The position numbers and the translations under genes are program-made. The notes beneath the pieces were generated by a model. That model was not told where the DNA came from. It searched no databases and was given only the letters and a program-made list of their open reading frames with translations. DNA of 64,000 bases from Candidatus Magasanikbacteria bacterium GW2011_GWA2_37_8 (GTDB taxonomy: Bacteria > Patescibacteriota > Patescibacteriia > Magasanikbacterales > GWA2-37-8): the NCBI GenBank assembly GCA_000992085.1, contig LBTN01000012.1, forward strand, positions 1,498-65,497, given 5' to 3'. Shown piece by piece: positions 9,913 through 17,040 of this stretch (position 1 is its first letter; each line of letters starts with the position of its first letter).

Positions 9913-10500
9913 ATGCATACTAATCGCGGGGCACTGGGATTAGAGGGGAGACCGGTTTTTGATCAAGAAAAATGTGTAGAAAATGATTTAACAGAACAGC
10001 AGTTAGAGATTTTGAAGCAAGTTAGGCCACGGTTAGATTTAGTGTTAAACACTAAAATGGCTATAAAAGAATTTCCTGAGGATAATTTAGAAGAAAACGG
10101 AGTTTTAAATGGTTTTTCTAATCCAGAAATGCAAGCCAAGGCGGCGGGAGATTTGCCAGGTTTTTTTGACGAACAATTAGAATCTAGATTTTTTGATTTA
10201 GATAGTTATGTTAAAAATTTGGGTAGTAGAGACAGTTTAGATAAAATAAGACAGTTTTTTAGCCAGTTTGATAGAGAGGGATCGGTAGTAAAGGAGGATG
10301 AGTTGGAAGAAAAATACAGAGATTTAGAAATTATTTATTTATCTTTACGTAACCGAATTTTATTATTAAAAGAAGTTATTTTACAAATCGAAAATAAAGT
10401 TAGTGATTATTTAAGACTCGAGATTACTATGCCTAAACATGGTAGTACGCAGCTTGTTTATAATGCTGGTAATGTTTGGAATAATTTAGTAAAACACTAA
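9913..10500 (+). CDS. Hypothetical protein
   Basis: 195 aa acidic ORF between rseP and pheS. No motif recognised. Confidence 0.4.
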   Translation: MHTNRGALGLEGRPVFDQEKCVENDLTEQQLEILKQVRPRLDLVLNTKMAIKEFPEDNLEENGVLNGFSNPEMQAKAAGDLPGFFDEQLESRFFDLDSYVKNLGSRDSLDKIRQFFSQFDREGSVVKEDELEEKYRDLEIIYLSLRNRILLLKEVILQIENKVSDYLRLEITMPKHGSTQLVYNAGNVWNNLVKH

Positions 10501-10503
10501 AAT

Positions 10504-11550
10504 ATGCAAGATAAATTATTACAATTAAAAACTAATGCTTTAGCTGCGATTAAATTGGTTAAAGATAAAGCCCGGCTAGAAGAAATTGAAAATAAATTAT
10601 TAGGGCGAAAGAGTGGAGAATTAACCGAGTTATTAAAAGGTTTAAAAGAATTAGCAGCCGATACTCGTAAAGTTGTTGGTCAAATTGCTAATGAAGTAAA
10701 AACTGAAATTGAATCGGCTTTACAAGAAAAACAACAAGAATTATCCACCAGTAGTTGGGCAGACGCTTTAGAAAAAGAGCGGGTAGATATTACCCAGCCA
10801 GCATTGCCGGCGGCAGAATATGGCCACTATCATCCCAACACTATTGTTCAACGTGATTTGGAGGATCTTTTTACGGCAATGGGTTTTATGGTACTAGACG
10901 GTCCAGAATTAGAAAGTGATTATTATAATTTTACCGCAGTAAATATCCCTGCTACTCATCCAGCTAGGGATATGCAAGATACTTTTTATATCAAGGGTCA
11001 TGGCCAAAATTCGGATTCGCCTTGGGTGATGCGCACGCATACTTCTACTATGCAAGTACGTTCGCTTCAGAAGTATGGTACCCCGCTTAAAATGATTGTG
11101 CCAGGAAAATGTTATCGTAACGAAGCCACTGATCCAAGGCATGAACATACCTTTTATCAGCTAGAGGGCATGGTGATTGACAAAGGAATTACTTTTTCTC
11201 ATTTAAAGGGTGTATTAGAGGCGGTAGCCAAACATTTATACGGCGAAGAGACTGAAGTTCGTTTAATGCCTAAATTTTATCCATTTGTAGAACCGGGTGT
11301 ACGTGGTGAAGTAACTTGTTTTTTGTGTAAGGGTAAGGGCTGTCGTTTGTGTAAAAATAGTGGCTGGTTAGAAATCTTTGGTGCTGGTATGACCCATCCT
11401 AATGTTTTAAAAGAAGGTGGTATAGACCCGAATGTTTATCAGGGTTTTGCTTTTGGTTTTGGATTGACCAGACTAGTAATGCTAAAATACGGTATTAGTG
11501 ATGTTCGTCTTTTAGAAAGTGGGGATTTAAGATTTTTAGAACAATTTTAA
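10504..11550 (+). CDS. pheS: Phenylalanine--tRNA ligase alpha subunit
   Basis: 348 aa. Class II motifs (HPARDMQDTFY, FRNE-like CYRNEATDPRHEHTFYQLEG, GFAFGFGLTRL), immediately followed by pheT. Confidence 0.95.
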   Translation: MQDKLLQLKTNALAAIKLVKDKARLEEIENKLLGRKSGELTELLKGLKELAADTRKVVGQIANEVKTEIESALQEKQQELSTSSWADALEKERVDITQPALPAAEYGHYHPNTIVQRDLEDLFTAMGFMVLDGPELESDYYNFTAVNIPATHPARDMQDTFYIKGHGQNSDSPWVMRTHTSTMQVRSLQKYGTPLKMIVPGKCYRNEATDPRHEHTFYQLEGMVIDKGITFSHLKGVLEAVAKHLYGEETEVRLMPKFYPFVEPGVRGEVTCFLCKGKGCRLCKNSGWLEIFGAGMTHPNVLKEGGIDPNVYQGFAFGFGLTRLVMLKYGISDVRLLESGDLRFLEQF

Positions 11551-11551
11551 T

Positions 11552-13999
11552 ATGTTATTAAGTTATAATTGGTTAAAACAATATTTAAATTTACCTAGTG
11601 CAGTTACCGTCTTTGACGTAGGAGAGAAATTAAAAATTTCTACAGTAGAGGTAGAAGCTATTAAAAAAATGGGAGAGAACTTAGAAAATATTGTAGTGGG
11701 GAAAGTGATGTCGGCCGATAAACACCCAGACGCAGATAAATTGAAATTATGTAAAGTTGATATTGGCCATGAACAAGTGAAAATTGTTTGTGGTGGATCA
11801 AATGTTGTCGAAGGCATGTTAGTGGCCTTAGCTAAAATCGGAGCAAAAGTGCGGTGGCATGGAGAGGGAGATTTGATTGAGCTGGCGGCAACTAAAATTC
11901 GTGGTATTGAATCATCTGGTATGATTTGCGCTTCAGCCGAAATTGGTTTGGGCGACATGTTCCCAATAAAAGATGAGAAAGAAATTTTAGATTTAACCAA
12001 TTATAATTTTAAAGTAGGCGAACCATTAACCAAAGCTTTAGGTTTGGACGATATTGTTTTAGAAATTGACAATAAATCACTTTCTAATCGTCCAGATTTA
12101 TGGGGACATTACGGTATTGCCCGTGAAGTGGCGGTTTTATTTAATAAAGATTTAGCTGATTATAAGACAGAAGAAATTAAAACAGGTAAAGAATTAAAAG
12201 TAACAGTAGAAGTTTTGGATAAAAAATTATGCCCGCGCTACATGGCCGTGGCGGTAGGTGGGATAAAAGTAGGGCCATCACCAGATTGGTTAAAAAAGAA
12301 GCTGTTAACCGTTGGTATTAACCCAATTAATAATATTGTGGATATTACCAATTATGTAATGTTGGATATTGGGCAACCAATGCACGCTTTTGACGCTGAG
12401 TTAGTTGGTAATGATACAAACACAAAAATTATTACAATTCGTTTAGCGGAAGACAAAGAAAAATTTAAAGCTTTAGATGACAACGAGTACGAATTAACAG
12501 AAAATGATTTGGTAATAGCTGATTCTGAAAAAGTTTTGGCGGTTGCTGGTGTAATCGGCGGGGTATCAAGTGCTATTACCAATAACACCAAGGCGATTAT
12601 TTTTGAATCTGCCAATTTTTTGGCTACCAATATTCGCAAAACCTCAACTAGGCTAGATGTGCGCACCGACTCGGCACAAAGATTTGAAAAAAGTTTAGAT
12701 CCAAATTTATGCGAGCTGGCTTTAAAAAAGGCTGTCGAATTGGTTTGCCAAATTTGTCCAGAGGCAAAAGCAATTAGTAAGGTGGTAGATGAATCCGATT
12801 TTGTTTTGCCGGTTGGACCAATCGAAATTGCTAAAAATTTGTTTGAAAAGAAAATTGGAGCTGTTATTCCAGAAAAAGAAATTGTAAGAATTTTAGAAAA
12901 ATTAGGTTTTGAATTAAAAGATAAAAAAGATGCGTGGTCAGTTAAAATTCCTACTTGGCGTGCCACCAAAGATATTTCTTTAGCCGAAGATTTGGTAGAA
13001 GAAGTCTTGCGAATTTATGGTTATGATAAAATAGTAAGTAGTTTACCTAATTTCCCGATTAACCCGCCGGTGGTTAATAAGTTGCGAAAATTAGAACACC
13101 AGGTAGTAGATATTTTGGTGCAGAAATTTTCTTATAACGAAGTGTATAATTATTCTTTTATTAGCGGTGAACAGATTAAAAATTTGGCCGATGATCCAGC
13201 TTTTTATATCGAATTAGATAATCCGCTAGCCAAAGATAGACCATATTTACGTCGTCAATTGTTGCCTAATTTATTAGCCAATGTCGCTGGTAATATTAGT
13301 CATAGATCCGAAGTAAAGATTTTTGAAATTGGCAAAGTGTTTCGAAATAATAAATCTGGTTTAAGAACAGCAGAAAATAGCGACGAATTACTACCAAATC
13401 AGGACGTGTGGTTTACAGCCGTGTATGTAAGCAAAAAAGAGCAAAATCCATTTTGGGAGGTGCGACGGTTGTTGGAAGCTTTGGGCCAAGAATTAAAATT
13501 TGATTGGGAAACTGTTTTAGAAGAAAAAGTTCCAGTTCGTGAGCACGCGACTCGGACAGCTTTGATTAGGTCAAATATTCCAGTCGGTGTAGTTGGAGAA
13601 GTGGCACCAAAAATATCAGAAAATTTTGGTGTGGATTATCGAGTGGGATTTTTACAATTAAATTTAAGCGATTTGCAGGAATCCGGTAAGTTTAAAGAAA
13701 TTAATTATGTACCCGCTTCTAACTATCCAGAGGTAGAACGCGATGTAGCAATAGTAGTAAATAAAAAATTTACTCATCAAGAAATAGTAAACGAACTTCA
13801 AAAAATTGATCCATTATTAATCAAAGTAGAGTTGTTTGATGTTTATACTGGCGAACATGTCGCCATAGATAAAAAGAGTATGGCTTATCGTCTAACTTAT
13901 TATCACCCCGATCATACTTTAGTTAGTGTCGAAGTAGATACTATTCACAATAAAGTTTTATCTCTGTTGCAAAAAAAGTTTAGCGCCGAGATTCGTTAG
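11552..13999 (+). CDS. pheT: Phenylalanine--tRNA ligase beta subunit
   Basis: 815 aa. N-terminal MLLSYNWLKQYL, tRNA-binding domain (HPDADKLKLCKVD), B3/4, B5 and FDX-ACB-like C-terminus. Confidence 0.95.
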   Translation: MLLSYNWLKQYLNLPSAVTVFDVGEKLKISTVEVEAIKKMGENLENIVVGKVMSADKHPDADKLKLCKVDIGHEQVKIVCGGSNVVEGMLVALAKIGAKVRWHGEGDLIELAATKIRGIESSGMICASAEIGLGDMFPIKDEKEILDLTNYNFKVGEPLTKALGLDDIVLEIDNKSLSNRPDLWGHYGIAREVAVLFNKDLADYKTEEIKTGKELKVTVEVLDKKLCPRYMAVAVGGIKVGPSPDWLKKKLLTVGINPINNIVDITNYVMLDIGQPMHAFDAELVGNDTNTKIITIRLAEDKEKFKALDDNEYELTENDLVIADSEKVLAVAGVIGGVSSAITNNTKAIIFESANFLATNIRKTSTRLDVRTDSAQRFEKSLDPNLCELALKKAVELVCQICPEAKAISKVVDESDFVLPVGPIEIAKNLFEKKIGAVIPEKEIVRILEKLGFELKDKKDAWSVKIPTWRATKDISLAEDLVEEVLRIYGYDKIVSSLPNFPINPPVVNKLRKLEHQVVDILVQKFSYNEVYNYSFISGEQIKNLADDPAFYIELDNPLAKDRPYLRRQLLPNLLANVAGNISHRSEVKIFEIGKVFRNNKSGLRTAENSDELLPNQDVWFTAVYVSKKEQNPFWEVRRLLEALGQELKFDWETVLEEKVPVREHATRTALIRSNIPVGVVGEVAPKISENFGVDYRVGFLQLNLSDLQESGKFKEINYVPASNYPEVERDVAIVVNKKFTHQEIVNELQKIDPLLIKVELFDVYTGEHVAIDKKSMAYRLTYYHPDHTLVSVEVDTIHNKVLSLLQKKFSAEIR

Positions 14000-14004
14000 T
14001 AATT

Positions 14005-14040
14005 ATCCCCAGCTTAAAAAGTTGGGGATTTTATTTTTTT
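14005..14040 (+). terminator. Intrinsic terminator after pheT
   Basis: Stem atcccca / tggggat (14005-14011 / 14023-14029) followed by tttatttttttt. Confidence 0.55.
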
Positions 14041-14115
14041 ATGGTATAATGTATTCATAAATTTTAATTTATTTTTCGACTCCATGCTTGGCGAAAAATA
14101 TTAAAGAGGGGAAAT

Positions 14116-14502
14116 ATGTTTGAAACTTCAAAAGATATTTTGTATCTTGTAATAGCTTTCTGCGTTGTGTGGACTACAGTATTTTTGTGTTGGATGTTTT
14201 ATTATGTAATGCGACTATTGCGCAACACCAACGAAATTGTAGAAGAGTTCCGAAGCCGATTAGAAACTTTAATGGAAATAGTTCACAACATTCATGGCAA
14301 GGTAGAAAAAATTTCTAGTTTAATTACTTTGGCCACCGAAGGCGCTGGTGGATTAGTTAAAAAAATGATTGTTAAAAAAACATCCGATTGGTTGGGTAAA
14401 ACCGAGAACAATTTTAATGGCGCAGCCAAAGATGCAGTAAGTAAAGCAGTATCGGCCACTACCAAAAAAATGAAAAAAGTAACCAAGAAAATAAAGAAAT
14501 AA
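14116..14502 (+). CDS. Small membrane protein with Lys-rich tail, unknown function
   Basis: 128 aa. One TM (ILYLVIAFCVVWTTVFLCWMFYYV). RBS-like agagggg upstream. Confidence 0.45.
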   Translation: MFETSKDILYLVIAFCVVWTTVFLCWMFYYVMRLLRNTNEIVEEFRSRLETLMEIVHNIHGKVEKISSLITLATEGAGGLVKKMIVKKTSDWLGKTENNFNGAAKDAVSKAVSATTKKMKKVTKKIKK

Positions 14503-14531
14503 AATTGGTTTAAAATATCGAATTTATTATT

Positions 14532-14565
14532 AAAATCTGCCTTTAAAAAGGGCAGATTTTTGTTA
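14532..14565 (+). terminator. Intrinsic terminator
   Basis: aaaatctgcc-tttaaaaag-ggcagatttt (10-bp stem) running into a T-run. Confidence 0.6.
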
Positions 14566-14593
14566 ACCAGCTCAGTTGTTGTTCAGTTGTTGT

Positions 14594-14622
14594 TTGACAG
14601 AAATGTAAATTTGTGCTATAAT
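14594..14622 (+). promoter_or_regulatory. Consensus sigma70-type promoter for the DGR target gene
   Basis: TTGACA (14594-14599), 17-nt spacer, TGc-TATAAT (TATAAT at 14617-14622, extended -10 TG at 14614-14615). Two perfect tandem 11-mers tcagttgttgt (14572-14582, 14583-14593) directly abut the -35. Confidence 0.6.
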
Positions 14623-14655
14623 ACCACGTTCTTTTAAAATTTGGCTAAATTACGA

Positions 14656-14743
14656 GGCAAGCGCTATGAATGTGCTAGTTTTAGTGTGTTTATAGCGCTT
14701 GCCTTACGTAAGGCAGACTGTAACCCGAGCAGTATAAATCGGG
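14656..14743 (+). promoter_or_regulatory. Structured 5' leader of the DGR target mRNA (three hairpins, two mutually exclusive)
   Basis: 12-bp stem ggcaagcgctat/atagcgcttgcc (14656-14667/14692-14703). Perfect 14-nt palindrome gccttacgtaaggc (14701-14714) shares gcc with the first stem. Third stem cccga/tcggg (14724-14728/14739-14743) lies just before the RBS GGAGG (14752-14756). Confidence 0.4.
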
Positions 14744-14762
14744 AGGATTGTGGAGGTGGACG

Positions 14763-15644
14763 ATGACGACTCGAGGGTCGATCACATCCGGTCAGAGTAG
14801 GCGGATTGCGCAGTTCGGTTCCGACGCGGTTGAGGTCGTGCTCGCGGAGCTCGATCTCAGCCAGGATGGTGCGCAGTGCGTAATAGAGCAGAACGGGGAG
14901 GAGTTCTGCGAGGCCATGCGCAACGCCGCACGCGTCGCGCTACGGGTCATGTCCATGCCCAACCAGTTCGCGGACGAGGAGGTCGACTCCAACTTCACCT
15001 ACCCGCCCGAGTACAAGGGCGTGAAGGGGGTCGCGGAGCAGACCAACATCCTGCGGGGGTTATTTCCGGGTCTCGGGTTCGCCGACGAGAAGGTCGTGGC
15101 GCTCCCGCTGCCCAAGCACGCCGAGGGTTGGTTCGCCATCCCGCGGTGGCAGAACATCGCCCCGACCTACGGCGAGGCGGTGGAGAAGGTGTCGGCTCTG
15201 ATCGTGTCCAGGCGGACGTTCTACAACTACCGCCAGGGCAAGCTTGCGGCCAGATACTTGCGCCAGCACGCGCGGACCGAGAAGTTCCTCCGCCAGGTCG
15301 GTGACCAGCAGAAGGATTTTGATATCCTCGTGGTTGCGGCCCAGTTCGGCCTGCGTTTCCGTGGCAAGTCGGTTCGGCGTTCCAGGGTGCTGTTCGAGAA
15401 GAACGAGTACGGTTTGGGTGCATTCGCCATCGGCATCATGCTGTTGACGCACCCCGAGCGACTCGTTCGTTGGGAGCAGCTCCACGTGGACTGCGCGGGC
15501 GACGAGTATTCGGCCGACGGCGATGGCGTCTTCTCCGAGGCGCCCTATTTCTACTTCGACGACGACGAGCTGAGGTTCGGCACGCGCGACTGTTCCAGCT
15601 ACAGCGGCCCTTTCGGGTCGGCGTCCGGCTTCCTCGCGCAGTAG
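14763..15644 (+). CDS. DGR target (variable) protein; unknown N-terminal domain, C-terminal 43 codons are the VR
   Basis: ORF track gives 14748-15644 from a TTG. ATG at 14763 sits 6 nt after GGAGG and is the likelier start. The frame is supported by the TR comparison: all 14 VR/TR differences fall on codon positions 1 or 2 of this frame. GC-rich (58-68% on lines I counted), with GC3-rich codons unlike every neighbour. Confidence 0.8.
   Translation: MTTRGSITSGQSRRIAQFGSDAVEVVLAELDLSQDGAQCVIEQNGEEFCEAMRNAARVALRVMSMPNQFADEEVDSNFTYPPEYKGVKGVAEQTNILRGLFPGLGFADEKVVALPLPKHAEGWFAIPRWQNIAPTYGEAVEKVSALIVSRRTFYNYRQGKLAARYLRQHARTEKFLRQVGDQQKDFDILVVAAQFGLRFRGKSVRRSRVLFEKNEYGLGAFAIGIMLLTHPERLVRWEQLHVDCAGDEYSADGDGVFSEAPYFYFDDDELRFGTRDCSSYSGPFGSASGFLAQ
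15513..15642 (+). repeat. DGR variable region (VR)
   Basis: 130 nt, 116/130 identical to 16231-16360. All 14 mismatches occur where the other copy has A. It ends 2 nt before the end of the target stop codon (TAG 15642-15644). Confidence 0.9.
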
Positions 15645-15849
15645 CCCCTTGGCCACTTGAACACTTGGATCTTTTGACATCTTGTCGCTGGATATTTGAG
15701 TTCATTTCTGCCGTCAGGCAGTCGCCGGCTCTGGGGTATCTGCACGCGTCACGTCTTGCCAGCCAATTCAACAAGGAGGGGTTTCCGGTTCAACCGGAGA
15801 TTCGGCGCCATGCCGAATCAAGGGGTGCGTTTGTTCCTACAAGTGCACC

Positions 15850-15903
15850 TACCCCGTTCAGTTTTCATCTAAAGTAGGTGGAAGTTGAACGGGGTATTTT
15901 TTT
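15850..15903 (+). terminator. Intrinsic terminator of the target transcript
   Basis: 11-bp stem taccccgttca / tgaacggggta (15850-15860 / 15886-15896) followed by T7 (15897-15903). Confidence 0.65.
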
Positions 15904-15911
15904 AACAAAAT

Positions 15912-15941
15912 TATTGCAAACTATTGCAAACTATTGCAATT
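15912..15941 (+). repeat. Three tandem 10-bp repeats tattgcaa(ac/tt), each carrying a TTGCAA -35-like hexamer
   Basis: tattgcaaac (15912-15921), tattgcaaac (15922-15931), tattgcaatt (15932-15941), read directly. Confidence 0.8.
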
Positions 15942-15961
15942 TATTTTATTCCAGATATAAT
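15934..15961 (+). promoter_or_regulatory. Putative promoter of the TR-containing RNA
   Basis: TTGCAA (15934-15939), 16-nt spacer, TATAAT (15956-15961). It lies just after the target terminator and about 270 nt upstream of the TR. Confidence 0.45.
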
Positions 15962-16230
15962 ATTATTCAGTAAGGCTAATGTACGGCAGTCTACTGATCG
16001 CCGTCGCCAAACTTCTCAATCAACCGAGAAAAACAACCAGAGTCTTGGCGATTATTATTTCCAAGAGCGTGTTGTGTTGAGGGGATACTGCTTGTCTTTG
16101 TCTGGTACAGGTCTCCGACGTTTTGTCGTGGGTGCTGTCAAATAAAATTCAGAGCTAAGAGCATATATTTTTGCAGCCAGCGGAAGGTAAAGCTCGAGGT
16201 TTGGTGATAATAGATGGGCAAAGATAATTA

Positions 16231-16360
16231 GCCGACGGCGATGGCGTCTTCTCCAAGGCGCCCTATTTCAACTTCAACGACGACAAGCTGAAGTTCGACA
16301 CGAACGACTGTTCCAACTACAACGACAATTTCGGGTCGGCGTCCGGCTTCCTCGCGAAGT
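16231..16360 (+). repeat. DGR template repeat (TR)
   Basis: Non-coding copy of the VR. It has 30 adenines, including 5 AAC, 1 AAT and 4 AAG codons in the target frame. The 3' 28 nt (tttcgggtcggcgtccggcttcctcgcg) contain no A, are G/C-rich and are identical to the VR, so they are IMH-like. Confidence 0.9.
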
Positions 16361-16375
16361 CTCTCCCCAAATAAC

Positions 16376-16404
16376 AAAGGGTGTTCCGTAATGGAACACC
16401 CTTT
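16376..16404. terminator. 12-bp hairpin 3' of TR; possible bidirectional terminator (TR RNA on +, avd on -) or TR-RNA structural element
   Basis: aaagggtgttcc-gtaat-ggaacacccttt. U-rich sequence follows on both strands. The avd stop codon is at 16422-16424. Confidence 0.5.
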
Positions 16405-16421
16405 CTGTTATCGTTGTTTTT

Positions 16422-16772
16422 TTACGTTGTTTTGCAGGATTTTATCCAACCACCTAGCATGCGGCCGATCTCGTCCACAATATTCTCTAAGGTCACATAC
16501 TTTTTGTTGTCTATAGTCTTAACATCTTTTAGTAATCGAATAAAGACACGCAACATATTTAGTTTTAAACTAACATGTTCCAATGTTGCTACTTTATTTA
16601 ACTTAGATTCAGTGCCAGCTTGGATAACGCCTTCGGTTACGGCCATGACAAAAATTTCACAACGTTCAAAAACAGTATAGCGGTCTTGTTTTGGTACACT
16701 TTTGCGGTATTCGTGTAGAAGCTTATACAATTCGTATGTCTTTTTAAAGATGGGTATATCTAAATCATTCAT
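16422..16772 (-). CDS. avd: DGR accessory variability determinant (Avd-like four-helix-bundle protein)
   Basis: 116 aa, basic, helical. It has SVPKQDRYTVFERCE and the C-terminal EIGRMLGGWIKS motif, which parallels EVGRILGSWI of Bordetella phage bAvd as I recall it. It lies next to the TR and RT. Confidence 0.85.
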   Translation of the reverse strand: MNDLDIPIFKKTYELYKLLHEYRKSVPKQDRYTVFERCEIFVMAVTEGVIQAGTESKLNKVATLEHVSLKLNMLRVFIRLLKDVKTIDNKKYVTLENIVDEIGRMLGGWIKSCKTT

Positions 16773-16777
16773 ATGAT

Positions 16778-17029
16778 ATGAAAGTTATTAATAATATATA
16801 TGGCAGGATCGTTTCTCTGGAAAATTTGGTAATGGCTTGGGATGAATTTAAGGTTGGCAAAACTCAAAAGGAGGATGTGACGGAATTTGAATTTTTCTTG
16901 GAGCAAAATTTATTTGCTTTGCATGAAGAATTAAAAACCAAAAAATATCGCCATGGGCTATATACCTCATTTTACATTCGCGATCCAAAGGTTCGCCATA
17001 TTCATAAAGCCACAGTGAAGGAATTTTAG
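16778..17029 (+). CDS. DGR reverse transcriptase, N-terminal fragment (ends at an in-frame TAG)
   Basis: 83 aa. SLENLVMAWDEF...LHEELKTKKYRHGLYTSFYIRDPKVRHIHKATVKEF aligns with the Brt N-terminus (WENLLDAY...YEPKPRLISALEFKDR, from memory). The frame stops where motif 1 (K-D-R) is expected. Confidence 0.8.
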   Translation: MKVINNIYGRIVSLENLVMAWDEFKVGKTQKEDVTEFEFFLEQNLFALHEELKTKKYRHGLYTSFYIRDPKVRHIHKATVKEF

Positions 17030-17040
17030 CCTTAGAGACA

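Noticed and set aside
14792-15877. Many overlapping ORFs on both strands and in several frames within the GC-rich island (e.g. 14876-15304, 14995-15423, 15060-15680, 15436-15774, 15470-15877).
   Set aside because: High GC depletes stop codons, so long spurious ORFs are expected. Their products are Arg/Pro/Gly/Ala low-complexity. Only the 14763-15644 frame places all TR/VR adenine substitutions at codon positions 1-2 and has an SD plus ATG.
14650-15905. The GC-rich island could be a chimeric assembly or contaminating fragment.
   Set aside because: The TR, embedded in AT-rich host-like DNA next to avd and the RT, matches the island's 3' end at 116/130 nt with a DGR-specific pattern, so the two belong together biologically. 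It still deserves a read-mapping check (see findings).
15912-15941. Short tandem repeats considered as a mini CRISPR array; the whole window was scanned for repeat-spacer structure.
   Set aside because: The repeats are only 10 bp and contiguous with no spacers. No 24-40 bp repeat/spacer periodicity was seen anywhere in the window.
15924-16145. 73-aa ORF between the target terminator and the TR.
   Set aside because: It starts inside the promoter-like repeats, has no RBS, has odd composition, and lies in what is better explained as the 5' part of the TR-containing RNA.
16381-16680. 99-aa plus-strand ORF overlapping avd.
   Set aside because: It is antisense to a well-supported Avd-like gene, and its product has no recognisable features.
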